DNA of 64,000 nucleotides from Eledone cirrhosa (taxonomy: Eukaryota). The position numbers were made by a program, and so were the translations under genes. The stretch covers positions 40,920,001 through 40,984,000 of the forward strand of contig OZ024752.1 in NCBI GenBank assembly GCA_964016885.1. The letters are read 5' to 3'. Below the pieces are notes generated by a model. It saw only the letters and a list, made by a program, of their open reading frames with translations. It ran no database searches and was not told the DNA's origin. Within the stretch, counting starts at the first letter, position 1, and every line of letters begins with the position of its first letter. Shown here one piece after another: positions 30,306 to 44,159 of the stretch.

Positions 30306-30438
30306 CTTCTTCTTCTTCTTCTTCTTCTTCTTCTTCTTCTTCTTCTTCTTCTTCTTCTTCTTCTTCTTCTTCTTCTTCTTCTTCTTCTTCTTCTTCTTCT
30401 TCTTCTTCTTCTTCTTCTTCTTCTTCTTCTTCTTCTTC
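30306..30438. repeat. (CTT)n microsatellite
   Basis: Perfect trinucleotide run. Confidence 0.97.
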
Positions 30439-30993
30439 AATACAAGTCATATATTTCTCTTTCTCTGCCTTTCTCTCTCGCTCTTCATGTCTCTCTCTTT
30501 CTCGCTCTCCCTCTTTCTCTCTTTCCATTTCCATCTCCCCCTCTCTCTCCTGTCTCTATATATCTAACTCCCTCTCTCTCTCTATCTCTCACCCTCTTTC
30601 TCTCCATCCCTCCCCCCTCTCTCCTGTCTCTTTCGTCGTTTTAGATTTTTACATTTAATATTTGTGTCTATCAGAAAGCAAAACACTTTCCATTCTCCTG
30701 TTCACACACATACACACACAGACACACACAGACACACACACACACACAGACACAGTCACACACACACAGACACAGACACACAGACACACAGACACACACA
30801 CACACAGACACACACACACACAGACACACACACACACAGACACACACAGACACAGACACACACACACACACACACATACAAACACACACACAGACACACA
30901 CACACAGACACACACACATACACACACACACACAGAGATAAACAGACAGACACACACACAGACACACACACACATATATATATATACATATAC

Positions 30994-31054
<61 letters not shown>

Positions 31055-31103
31055 TATACATACATATATAAACATATACATATATATATATATATATATA
31101 CAC

Positions 31104-31230
<127 letters not shown>

Positions 31231-31491
31231 TATGTATATATATATATATATACATACATACATATATATTTTTAAATATATATATATGTATATATATATA
31301 TATACACACATACGTATATACACCATTATGATCGTCAATAGTCCACTACCTCCTCTCCCTGCCACTCAACGCAACCTTCTCCTCAAGAACATCCAGCATC
31401 GATTGCCTTGGTTTACTTCCAATTTTATCGTCTGCTTTCCTTGATATTTCTTCCTCTTCGTTGTTTTTCTTCTCACCTCCACACACACACT

Positions 31492-31525
<34 letters not shown>

Positions 31526-31542
31526 GAGATACACACACACAA

Positions 31543-31585
<43 letters not shown>

Positions 31586-32584
31586 AAAAGAGTCAGGACC
31601 CCGACGGCTGAGCTCCGGCCGTTTCGACAGCTAGATCTGAATTAACCGAGAAGTGTTGGCTATTTATATATAAATATAAATATATATACACACACACACA
31701 CACATGCAGACACACACACACACATGCAGACACACACATACTTACACACTCACACACACACACACATACATACACTCACACATGCGCACAGACACACAAC
31801 TCTGTCTATCACACTGTGTGGTCTCCTACAAACGCTGAGCTTTCACATATGACTATGTCACACACGTAATCGATGCAAGATAACTACAGCGTCACCTCCT
31901 TGCGCTCCAATTATTACCACATCATCGTGTCAGTGCTGCTGTAGTGTGACGGACGGAAGTAGCTAACGGCCATATTACTTCGGTGATCGTAGCGCCAGGC
32001 TGTTGATCCTTGTACCAGGAATCAAGTGACGACTTCAGGGCGTATACTCTGTTGTTTCTTATGGAATGAACGGCTTCCGTTAGACACGAAATTCATCCAG
32101 GAACATCTTGCTCATTAGTGCTAGTTGGTGACTTAAGCGGCATTGTTTTTTTTACCTACTCCGTAATGTCTGGGAATTGTTGCCAGGAAATTCTGGTGTA
32201 AAAGACTCACAAAACTGCTCAGGCACTTTCAACTCTCCAATAGGTTTTGTCTGAATTCTCCGAATAGATTAATGAGGATTTGGACAAATCAGAATTATTC
32301 ATCTAGGTCATAGTTAGTATTTTCATCAGAAAAAAACTAAACAAAACAAAACAAACCCAGATAGAATTTAGTTGTCCACAGAGAAAATTGTTTCTCTGAA
32401 AGTTCTGGCTGAAATGGTTAACACCTACGTCGTCTCAGAGTGTCTTATTAGTTTCACGCTTCCTGGAAGAAGAAAAAGAAATGTTTCAACGTATCGGGTG
32501 TTAGTCTTTCATCAGGAAAAAGTACAATTAGGAAAAAGAAAAGGCGGGAAGATTGAGAAAAAAAAAAAGGTTTATCAGGCACGT

Positions 32585-33035
32585 AGGCATGTGGCCTAGT
32601 GGAAAGGGTGTTGGACTTACGATTATAATGTCGTGGGTTCGATTCCTGCACTGGGTTGTGTGTTGTGTTCTTGAGCAAAACGCTTCATTTCACGTTGCTT
32701 CAGTATACACTGCTGAAAATGAGTACCAGCAGCTGTAGCTGGGGGGTTTAACCCTGAGATGAATTGGCGTCATGTCCAGTGGGGAGTCTAGCGTGGCCTT
32801 CTGGTAAGGGCGTTGAACTCACAATCATTATGTCGTGGGGTCGATTCCCGGACAGTGTTGTGTGTTGTGTTCTTGAGCAAAAAGTTCATTTCACGTTGTT
32901 CCAGTATAATCTGCTAAAGATGAGTGCCACCAATAGCTGGAGGTTTAACCCTGCGATGGACTGGCGCCCTGTCCAAGAGTGTGGGTGGAGGTATTGTACT
33001 CTCAGTCGCTTCACATCATGGAAACTGAGATAAAC
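32585..33035 (+). mobile_element. Two tandem tRNA-derived CORE-like SINEs
   Basis: gtggcctagtgg...gggttcgattcc...tgtgttcttgagcaaaa...ttcacgttg, repeated from ~32790. Confidence 0.75.
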
Positions 33036-33491
33036 ACCAGCCTGATGATCCTCCTGGTTTGAGACAGATAAAGAGGTGAGGTGAGCGGGCAAGTAGTCCG
33101 ACGTGTGGGACGGGGTGCCGAGCTGGTGGCGTAGCGGCCACGTCTGTAATTGGTAATGTTATGAGTGGCGTGTTTTCTGAGTTGTGTGTTGGTTGTATTT
33201 AAATCTTCTGTGTGTTTATGTGTGTTGGAGTAGTGTATATTTGGGCGTGTGTATAACTGGGTGTATCATCAGTAAAAGCCTGTGTGTGTGTGTGTGTGTG
33301 CGTGGGTGTGGGTGTGTGTGCGTGTGGCTCGGTCTATGAGTCTGTTTTTTGTGTATTAATAACGTGTGTGTATGTATGTGAGTGTGTGTGTGAGCATGTA
33401 TATGTGTGTGTTTGTGTGTATGTGCGTATGTCCTTGTGTGTGTATATATATATATACATACATGTGTGTGTGTGTGTATGTGTGTGTTTAC

Positions 33492-33537
<46 letters not shown>

Positions 33538-33539
33538 AC

Positions 33540-33581
<42 letters not shown>

Positions 33582-33590
33582 GTGTGTGTA

Positions 33591-33621
<31 letters not shown>

Positions 33622-34039
33622 GCATATATATATATATATACATACACAAATGTGTGTGTGTGTGTGTGTGTGCGGAAATATGTTTGAGGGATACAGCAAA
33701 AGAAATTGCCGCCAGGCAAAGGCTGAACATGTCAGATATGAAATGTTGGAAGGAGCCTTTGGTAGTCATGGTAATTAAGAAACCGTGGTATTAGGAGTGG
33801 AAACTAGATGCAGAGGGAGGGGGAGGGAGGGAGGGGGAGGGGATCTGCTGCAGGTTTGAAGTTATTCAAAACTGGGATTGATTCTGCTACTGACTTATTC
33901 TTAAGAGGAAATTTAGCGAGTTGAATGGAAATGATTTAGGCGGTGGTGGTCGTGGTTGTCGCGGTGGTCGTGGTGTCAGCACTGATGGCGTTGGGGGTAG
34001 ATTTGAGGATGATAATGTTAGTATTAGCGATGTGTATTA

Positions 34040-34910
34040 ATTGCCGAGTTTAACTTTGCCTTTCATTCTTACGGGGGGGCGATAAAATAAAGTACCAGTA
34101 ATACACTGGGATAATTGCTGGGTAGAAACAATTAATCATATGTGGATTGGCAGTATCGGTAGAGGGTCGGATGCCATGCTTTCTAGCATAGAGTTACGTC
34201 CCTTTACGGACTGAGTTCAAATCTCTCCAAGGTTAACCTTGTCCTTCACCCTACGGAGTCGATAAAATAAAGTACCAGTAATACACTGGGATAATTGCTG
34301 GCCTTGTGCCAAAACTAGAAACAATTAATCATATGTGGATTGGCAGTATCGGTAGAGGGTCGGACGCCATGCTTTCTAGCATAGAGTTACGTCCCTTTAC
34401 GGACTCAGTTCAAATCTCTCCAAGGTTAACTTTGTCCTTCACCCTACGGGGTCGATAAAATAAAGTACCAGTAATACACTGGGATAATTGCTGGCCTTGT
34501 GCCAAAAGTAGAAACAATTAATCATATGTGGATTGGTAGTATGAGTAGAGGGTCGGACGCCATGCTTTCTAGCATAGAGTTACGTCCCTTTACGGACTCA
34601 GTTCAAATCTCTCCAAGGTTAACTTTGTCCTTCACCCTACGGAGTCGATAAAATAAAGTACCAGTAATACACTGGGATAATTGCTGGCCTTGTGCCAAAA
34701 GTAGAAACAATTAATCATATGTGGATTGGTAGTATGAGTAGAGGGTCGGACGCCATGCTTTCTAGCATAGAGTTACGTCCCTTTACGGACTGAGTTCAGA
34801 TCTCTCCAAGGTTAACTTTGTCTTTCTTATTTACGGGGTCGATAAAATAAAGTACCAGCAATACACTGGGATAATTGCTGGCCTTGTACCAAAAGTAGAA
34901 ACAACTAATT
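34040..34910 (+). mobile_element. Head-to-tail array of ~4.5 tRNA-derived Meta/MESC-like SINEs (~190-bp period)
   Basis: Repeated tggcagtatcggtagagggtcggacgcc...gagttcaaatc...ggggtcgataaaataaagtaccagt...ggccttgtgccaaaagtagaaacaatt. Confidence 0.8.
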
Positions 34911-35069
34911 ATATACCCTTTGTGGTTGTTGTTGTTGTTCGTTAGCCCCTGGTCAGCTCTGATCAAGAAATCCTAACATCAGCAGACCTTCCAATGGTGA
35001 CCATTTCCCCTTATTTTCATTTAAAAAAATGTTTTATTATCTTTTTTCTGACTCTGTGTATTTAAGATA

Positions 35070-35420
35070 TTGTTTCTACTTTTGGCACAAGGCCAGCAAT
35101 TATCCCAGTGTATTACTGGTACTTTATTTTATTGACCCCGTAAGGATGAACGGCAAAATTAACCTCGGCGGGATTTGAACTGAGACCATAAAGGGGCGTA
35201 ACTCTTTGCTGAATAGCGTGGCGTCCGACCCTCTACCGATAATTCCAAACGGCACAAGGCCAGCAATTATCTCAGTGCATTACTGGTACTTTATTTTATT
35301 TTATCGACCCCCCGTAAGGATGAAAGGCAAAGTAAACCTCAGCGGGATTTGAACTCAGAACGCAAAGAGCCATAGCTCTATGTTGCAAAGCATCGTATCT
35401 GACGCTCTACTGAAACTGCC
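35070..35420 (-). mobile_element. Two Meta/MESC-like SINE copies, inverted relative to the 34040 array
   Basis: actggtactttatttt...ttaacctcggcgggatttgaact. Confidence 0.75.
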
Positions 35421-35609
35421 GGTAGTGATGGTGATTGTGGTAGTGATGATGACTGTGGTAGTCATGGTGACTGTGGTAGTGATGATGACTGTGGTGATGG
35501 CAAAAAAAAAAAAATGCAGTAAATGTGGCAGGAATGGTTGATATGGGTGTTGGTCCTAAGATTGGACTTATGTGTGTGTGTATGTGTCAGAGTCTCTGTG
35601 TGTGTACGT

Positions 35610-35610
<1 letters not shown>

Positions 35611-35671
<61 letters not shown>

Positions 35672-35916
35672 AGTGCAAAGGAGAACAAGCAAGAAAGAGA
35701 AAGAGAGAGAGCAAACAAGAGAGAGAGAGAGCAAGAGAGAAAGCAAACAAGCAAGAGAGAGAGGGGGGGGGGGAGAGACAGCAAGGGAGAGAGCAAGGAG
35801 GAACAAGGGAGAGAGCAAGGAGGAACAAGGGAGAGAGAGAGAGAGAGAGAGAGCAAAAGAGAGTAAGAGAGAGAGAGAGAGAGAGCAAAAGAGAGAGAGA
35901 GAGACATCAAAAGAGA

Positions 35917-35953
<37 letters not shown>

Positions 35954-36143
35954 CAAAAGAGAGAGCAAAAGAGAGAGAGAGAGAGCGAGAGTAAGAGAGA
36001 GAGAGAGAGAGCAAAAGAGAGAGAGAGAGAGCGAGAGTAAGAGAGAGAGAGAGAGAGCAAAAGAGAGAGAGAGAGAGACAGCAAGAGAGAGAGAGTGAGA
36101 CAGCAAGAGAGAGAGAGTAAGAGAGAGAGAGAGAGAGAGAGCA
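35611..36143. repeat. GA-rich compound microsatellite
   Basis: (GA)n with recurring gcaaaa/gtaa interruptions. Confidence 0.9.
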
Positions 36144-36900
36144 AGGGGGACTGGGTGATTGTTGGTTCAGGTTTGGAGTGAACGTGGGAGAACTGATGTG
36201 TTTAGGGAGGATGGTGAATATAATTTCGAAGTTTGGTCAGAGAGGAAGCTGTGATGACGGTGATGCTGCTGCTGTTGAAGACGATTGCGGCCATGTTGGT
36301 GGTAGCAGTGAAAGTGCTGATGAGTCAGGGATGTCAACGTTGAGGGTAATAAGTGAGGGTGTAAAATAAACAGTCGTGGATGATAAAAAAAAAAACGTGA
36401 AGGTTAGTGGGAGTGAAGCTGGTAGTTTACAAATACACAGATTTCACGGCGAACAAGAACAACTCAATCGAAAATTGCTTGAGTAGAAAGGAATTACTTG
36501 GCTAGAGGGCTATGGAAGATTCTGGAAGATGGCGGCTAGGAAAATGTCAAAGATGTGTCAGGAAAAATTAGAAAACGGAAAAAGAAAGACAAAAAAAAAA
36601 AAAAAAAAAAATGTAAGAAGATGAAGAAAGGAGCGTGGTAGGGAAAATATATGCCTGAGGCACATGATGTGATCTCTGAGAGTCACAGAATATAAATTAT
36701 TCTGAAATAACAGTGGTATCAAAGTTAAAGACTTCGGTTAGGTTGAACAATATTCTCACTCCCACCCCCATTAGACGTTTGTTATCCTAGTTCTTTATCC
36801 GACACTTCTATGCAATAGCAATGAAACAAATCCCCCCTCCCCCCCCCCAAAAAAAAGGAATATAATAAATGAATAAATAAATGACGAGACAGAAGACATG

Positions 36901-37422
36901 CTCCATAAAATGACAGGGTTTGCTTTATTTACAAATTCTTTAGTTGAATATAGATAGATAGGTAACACGGGTGAACTCTTAGACTCCAATGTTTCGGTAT
37001 TGCTTTCTATATGTCTTCAGCAGACTAAGGGCTATCTCCCTACTCATCAACATAGGCGCTGAGCTGACAAAAGACAAGCTCCATAAAATGACAGGGTTTG
37101 CTTTATTTACAAATTCTTTAGTTGAATATAGATAGATAGGTAACACGGGTGAACTCTTAGACTCCAATGTTTCGGTATTGCTTTCTATATGTCTTCAGCA
37201 GACTAAGGGCTATCTCCCTACTCATCAACATAGGCGCTGAGCTGACAAAAGACAAGCTCTATAAAATGACAGGGTTTGCTTTATTTACAAATTCTTTAGT
37301 TGAACCTATATAAATAGGTAACACGGGTTAACTCTTAGATTTCAATATTTCGGTTTTGCTTTCTATATGTCTTCAGCAGATTAAAGGCTACCTCCCTACT
37401 CATCACCATAGGCGCTGAGCTG
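36901..37422. repeat. Three ~178-bp tandem units abutting a CRE-like fragment
   Basis: ctc(c/t)ataaaatgacagggtttgc at 36901, 37079 and 37257. Confidence 0.9.
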
Positions 37423-37423
37423 G

Positions 37424-37720
37424 CTACCTGTAGCAGTGGATACTTCTGGTGTCCTTGGCCCTAGGGCTACCCCCCTACTCACCGCGATAGGTGCTGAGCT
37501 GGCTAGTCGCAGGTCTGAGCCTCGCGAGATGGAATGGCTCTTCCAGCGCATCTTCCTCACCATCGTTTGGGGAATCGCCTTCTCTAGTCTGTCTGTCGGG
37601 GCCGTGGGACTGCCAGCGCGTGGGACCCCATTTTCTTCTTATAGTGAGAGATAAGATGGGCGGGAGAAACGAAGGCGATGACAGTGGGAGTTCGGCTCCT
37701 CCGTGTTCGGGTTTGGTGTA
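37424..37720 (+). mobile_element. CRE-like RLE non-LTR retrotransposon 3' remnant
   Basis: LPVAVDTSGVLGPRA...EPREMEWLFQRIFLTIVWGIA matches the CRE-type C-terminal pattern (P.avEt.G..G...fL.QRls.a..rGNA). GC-rich relative to the flanks; 3' boundary approximate. Confidence 0.7.
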
Positions 37721-37831
37721 CATGTGTGTGTATATTTATTTCTATTCATTCGATATTATATGCTTGGCTAATTGTGCCATTTAACTAAAGGATTTAGAGA
37801 AATATATACAAATCTTTGCCTATTTAAAGTC

Positions 37832-38750
37832 TACGAAGGTCGGCTGAAGGCTTCATAGGCTGACTATGAACGATTGATGTTAAGGCTGTGAAATCTTGCA
37901 TGCATAATTTCAACTCTTCTTATTGTTTCAACTTTTCTCATTACTGTTTCTTTCCAGGGACTATGTTGAAAAATTTGGTCATTCCATGAGAGTATCTTGG
38001 TCAGCCTATGAAAGAGTGATGCTAGAGTTGTGGAATTTTGCAGACATTAATTTCAATTCATCTTATTAATAACTACATTGTTTCTTTCTAGGGACTATGT
38101 TAAAAAATAAACCTCATTTGGTCATTCCATGAGAGTATCTTCGTCAGCTTTTGAAGAAGTGATGCTAGAGCTGTGAAATCTTGCATGCATTACTTCCAAC
38201 TCTTCTTATTAATAACTGCATTGTTTCTTTCTAGGGACTATGTTAAAAAATAAACCTCATTTGGTCATTCCATGAGAGTATCTTCGTCAGCTTTTGAAGA
38301 AGTGATGCTAGAGCTGTGAAATCTTGCATGCATTACTTCCAACTCTTCTTATTAATAACTGCATTGTTTCTTTCTAGGGACTATGTTAAAAAAATAAACC
38401 TCATTTGGTCATTCCATGAGAGTATCTTCGTCAGCTTTTGAAGAAGTGATGCTAGAGCTGTGAAATCTTGCATGCATTACTTCCAACTCTTCTTATTAAT
38501 AACTGCATTGTTTCTTTCCAGGAACTATGTTAAAAAAATAAATCTCATTTGGTCATTCCATGAGAGTATCTTCGTCAGCTTTTGAAGAAGTGATGCTAGA
38601 GCTGTGAAATCTTGCATGCATTACTTCCAACTCTTCTTATTAATAACTGCATTGTTTCTTTCCAGGAACTATGTTAAAAAAATAAATCTCATTTGGTCAT
38701 TCCATGAGAGTATCTTAGTCAGCCAATGAACATTTCATCCGACCTTCATA
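37832..38750. mobile_element. Mariner-type MITE, TA-flanked, with internal ~143-bp tandem amplification (~6 units)
   Basis: TIRs TAcgaaggtcggctgaaggcttcataggctgacta and tagtcagccaatgaacatttcatccgaccttcaTA. Internal unit anchors at 37953, 38088, 38231, 38374, 38518 and 38662. Confidence 0.75.
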
Positions 38751-38811
38751 TTGCATTGAATCGATAAAGATTTTTGAATCAGAAAACCTTAAATGCTGAT
38801 GTTATTTGTCG

Positions 38812-38975
38812 AAGGGTCGGACGCCATGCTTTCCAACATAGTTACGTCCCTTTACGATCTGAGTTCAAATCCCGCCGAGGTTAACTTTGCCTTTCATCCT
38901 TACGGGGTCGATAAAATAAAGTACCAGTAATGTACTGGGTATTTGCTGGCCTTGTGCCTAAAGTAGAAACAGTTA
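38812..38975 (+). mobile_element. Meta/MESC-like SINE
   Basis: gagttcaaatcccgccgaggttaactttgcctttcatccttacggggtcgataaaataaagtaccagt. Confidence 0.8.
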
Positions 38976-39327
38976 TCTGTCGAAGTAAGCTAATTCCTTC
39001 AATAAGAAATCTGTGAGGATTTTAAAGTGGAATTATAATTAAATCGTTCGAGGCGATTCTCTATTAATCATTTGAGAAGAAATTTTCATTGCTAATAGAT
39101 TAATAATTACACAGTATATAATGATAGAATAACAATCAAAACCTGTTGGGAAACATAAGTAGGAAGAAATATTGAGAAATATATCAATAAACAGGTGTAT
39201 ATGGTCCCTCGGGATTGAATATTTACACATGCATGTGTGTCGGTATGTGTATATAGAGTAACATACATACATACATACATACATACATACATACTGATAC
39301 ACATACACACAGACACACATATCTATG

Positions 39328-39405
<78 letters not shown>

Positions 39406-39455
39406 TACATAGCAATAATATTAATAAATGGAAGGTATCTTTATAAAACCATATT

Positions 39456-39516
39456 TATTTTATTATATATATTTCACGGGTACCAACATTTTGGTACGCT
39501 CTCATCAGATAAAATA
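39456..39516 (-). ncRNA. Minimal type-I hammerhead ribozyme
   Basis: Reverse complement: tattttat CTGATGA gagc gtaccaa aatg ttggtac ccgt GAAA tatata TA ataaaata. Island lies between two TA runs. Confidence 0.75.
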
Positions 39517-39589
39517 CAAAAGTTGGTTTACAGATAGTGACATATTCAGACAAGAGCTTATTGTTGTGAGTTCTATTTAAAATATATGC

Positions 39590-39740
<151 letters not shown>

Positions 39741-40125
39741 TATATATATATATATATATACAATACATTAACAGAGAAAGTCTTAAGCTATACTCTGACT
39801 GGCTTCCATCTCACTCAACAAACATTAGGATATACTTTAGTATAATCACAATTTTACGTTTGGGGTGCTAACTATATGTATTTTGCGGAAAGCCAGTTGT
39901 ATTATTTTATATGAGATATAATTAAAATAAAAATATATCTTCCTTTCCAAATGATTGTTTCATTATAAGTTTTCTACAAGTTGGAAGAATGTGTCCGGGT
40001 TATGTAGAAGCCTGCACATTTTTCTGTAGGAACATATGCAGGTGGGCACTTATAAATCATCAGTGGATGCCCGTCAAACATTGATATAAGAAAAATTCTC
40101 TTACCACTGTCAAATTTCATGTCAG

Positions 40126-40160
<35 letters not shown>

Positions 40161-40177
40161 TATATATATATACGTAA

Positions 40178-40272
<95 letters not shown>

Positions 40273-40341
40273 GTAGGAGGTGAGTTTCATTGTAGTACAA
40301 TAAAGCAATGCTCTTATTGTAGTACAATAAAGCAATGTTCT

Positions 40342-40372
<31 letters not shown>

Positions 40373-40843
40373 CATATATAAAACAAAGAACGTGTGGTAA
40401 GATACCAGGTAAACCATAACTTCATCTCGGCTGGATTTGAACTCACAGAACAGAGAACTGGAACGAATTATACAAACCATTCTATCAGACGTTCTAACGA
40501 CTCTATACCAGAATATTATAGAATTAAAGCAAGGATTTTTTTTTCCTTGCATGAGTTGCATATCTTGGATGAGACATAAAAAAATCTTTTTCCAATTGAT
40601 TAAACACCGGAAGTAAAAGAAATACCGGAAGCATATTTTTTTGAAACGAATTGAAGATCGATGGATTATTTGGATTTAATCTGCCACGATTAATCTGCTA
40701 ATCTTCTGGTAACATGAAGCTCTGAGTAGAGAATTCATTGTGATCAAGCATACGGAAATGCATGCTTGATCACAATGTATTAAATATGGTATGTATGTAT
40801 ATATAAATACATATATACGTGCGTATATATATATATATATGTG

Positions 40844-40956
<113 letters not shown>

Positions 40957-41106
40957 TATTAGTGTGCATAGCGAATAAAGATGAAAATAGATAGAAAGTA
41001 TTTGATAAAGAGAGCTTGTCTGTGCGTGTGTGTGAGTGTGTATGTGTGAGTGTGTATTTATATATATATATACGTCTGTGCGTGTGTGAGTGTGTATGTG
41101 TGAGTG

Positions 41107-41158
<52 letters not shown>

Positions 41159-41526
41159 CATATATGTCTGTGACTGTTGGGATGTGTCATAGCCAAAAGA
41201 GACAACTTTATTAACAAATCCTAACGGCCCCTACTCATGTGCAGAATGAATATTTCAGAACGAACGCTTGGCTTCAAGATAGATGCGTGAGCTGTCATTG
41301 TTACGGAATGATAAATTTACAGATATCAAATATATTTTTAGTCATAATCAATGCCCCGTTTGATATCAGCTTTATCAGAAGAACATAATTAATCATTAGA
41401 TTTCTCTTGTAGATAACGCTTGAATATTGAGCTTTTAATAGATTTTATCAGCTTGATTTACTGACAGTTTTTAACGTATGTTCATCTACATGCCAACCAA
41501 AACTGCATTAAATTCATCTACTAGGA

Positions 41527-41569
<43 letters not shown>

Positions 41570-42165
41570 ATATATATATATAGATGATATATATATATAT
41601 AGACGTCCTGATATGCCTAATAGTAATACTTTCAGGAATTTTCACTCGTTCTATTTTTTCTGTCTTTCTTTCCATCGTTATTTTTTCTTGTATTCTTCAA
41701 ATAATATCCAGGATTTCATAGCTTCCAATGGCTTTTAGTCAATATCAGCCATTGAACCACTTATGTATCGTTTCTAACATTTATCACTTCATCAACAATT
41801 ATTCAACGGCATCCGTTTATTTTCATTGTCAACGTTTATCTCACTGTCAATATTTCCTTTGCATTCGAAAGATTAATAACCTCCTTATCTAATTCCTAGA
41901 GATACAACGTCCAGTCTGAATATATCTCTGTCCCTAATACACATTTTATGTTACTCACATCAATGATGTTCATTCCTTTAAGAAAGGAAATGAATGAACA
42001 TCACAAAATCTCTTATTTTGTATTCCTTATACGAAGGCCACCTAAGCGTGGGGAAAATAGTTGATAAATGAAAGCAACAAAACACAGGAGTCGAATTATA
42101 GAAAATGTATATAGATATAGATTCATAATTATCTTGATAAGCTTCGTACCGATAATCATATATAT

Positions 42166-42426
<261 letters not shown>

Positions 42427-42482
42427 AATACTGGAATTGAATAATCAAGACCGTAGCGGTATGTCATATATCAAATCATATA

Positions 42483-42542
42483 TTTGTCTGATGAGGACGT
42501 ACTGAAAAAATAACACAGTACCTTTGAAATATATATAATAAA
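42483..42542 (+). ncRNA. Minimal type-I hammerhead ribozyme
   Basis: tttgt CTGATGA ggac gtactg..cagtac cttt GAAA tatata TA ataaa. Island lies between TA runs. Confidence 0.7.
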
Positions 42543-42590
42543 GTATATATTTTGATTATGAGAATATTTTTTATTTGTTAACATTTTGAA

Positions 42591-42625
<35 letters not shown>

Positions 42626-42629
<4 letters not shown>

Positions 42630-42890
42630 TAAAAGAGAAAACACTGGTAAGCATTAAGAGAAGAATTTTATCCAGGTATTTACGACCGTTTCGGTCGTAA
42701 ATACCTGGATAAAATCCTTCTCTTAATGCTTATCTGTGTTTTCTCTTTTATACTTTATACTCCAAGATTGAATGGAATTCTTACAAACTTGTGGAGTTAC
42801 CCCTAACCGTACGTTGAAACCATCCATGAAACTGGCTTTTTAAACCAAGAACTGGATCACAATAAGCAATTTATTGCTTCTCTAACTAAC
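42626..42890 (+). mobile_element. Fold-back insertion in (TA)n with 63-bp arms plus extension
   Basis: Arms 42626-42688 and 42692-42754, spacer ttt. Confidence 0.75.
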
Positions 42891-42902
42891 TATATATATA
42901 TA

Positions 42903-43292
42903 TATAACAACTAGAAATTGATTAACATATAAATAAACATGAATAATCACAGGAGATAATGTTTACAAGTGTGTAAGCACACATAGCTAGGTAGGTAACT
43001 AAATAAAGTTAACTAGAACTTCAAAAATAGATAAGGTATCTATTTTTGAAGTTCTAGTTAACTTTATTTAGTTACCTACCTAGCTATGTGTGCTTACACA
43101 CTTGTAAACATTATCTCCTGTGATTATTCATGTTTATTTATATGTTAATCAATTTCTAGTTGTTATACAATGCTCGGACCTATTCATTAGAATCTTAGAC
43201 CTTATTTTGCGGGTGATATGGCGCATGCCTTTCTGGCATGACACCCATCATTTTGATTTAGATTAAATTCATTTTGATTTATCTTAATTTTG
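42903..43292 (+). mobile_element. Fold-back insertion in (TA)n with 131-bp perfect arms plus extension
   Basis: Arms 42903-43033 and 43037-43167, spacer agg. Confidence 0.8.
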
Positions 43293-43326
<34 letters not shown>

Positions 43327-43329
43327 TAT

Positions 43330-43446
43330 AATTGTTTCTAATTTTGGCACAAAGCCACCAATTACCCCAGTGCATTACTGGTGCTTTATTTCATCGACCC
43401 TGTCAGGTTGAAAAGCAAATATAACCTCAGCGGGATTTGAACTCAG

Positions 43447-43510
<64 letters not shown>

Positions 43511-43872
43511 CATTATTTCTCCCTTTACGTTCTGAGTTCAAATCCCGCCGAGATTAACTTTGCCTTTCATCCTTACGGGAGGTCGATAAAAATAAAGTAC
43601 CAGTAATATACTGAGTAATTGCTGGCCTTGTGCCAAAAGTAGAAACAATTATTTATTATTGTGGATTGGCAGTATCGGTAGAGGGTCGGACGCCATGCTT
43701 TCCAGCATAGTTACGTCCCTTTACGATCTGAGTTCAAATCCCGCCGAGGTTGACTTTGCCTTTCATCCTTACGGGGTCGATAAAATAAAGTACCAGTAAT
43801 GCACTGGGTAATTGCTGGCCTTGTGCCAAAAGTAGAAACAATTATTACTATAACTTTATTTATTATTATTAC

Positions 43873-43907
<35 letters not shown>

Positions 43908-44112
43908 ATATAAAGAGAGAGAGAGAGACAGACAGACACAGAGATAGGAAGAGAGAGAAAGAGACAGAGATAGGAAGAGAGTGAGAGAGAGATAGGAAGA
44001 GAGAGAGAGAGAGAGATAGGGGGGGGGGGTAGGTAGAGAGAGAGAGAAGAAGAGAGAGATAGAGAGACAGACAGACACAGAGATAGGAAGAGAGAGAGAG
44101 AGAGATAGGTAC

Positions 44113-44159
<47 letters not shown>

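Noticed and set aside
39974-40128. Non-repetitive minus-strand frame (MKFDSGKRIFLISMFDGHPL...) as a possible exon
   Set aside because: No recognisable domain or convincing splice-site pair.
40540-40780. Possible decayed GIY-YIG tail and a 16-bp hairpin at 40736-40777
   Set aside because: Needs frameshifts and stop read-through; similarity too weak to call.
41600-41980. Possible transposase remnant on the minus strand
   Set aside because: Multiple stops and no diagnostic motif.
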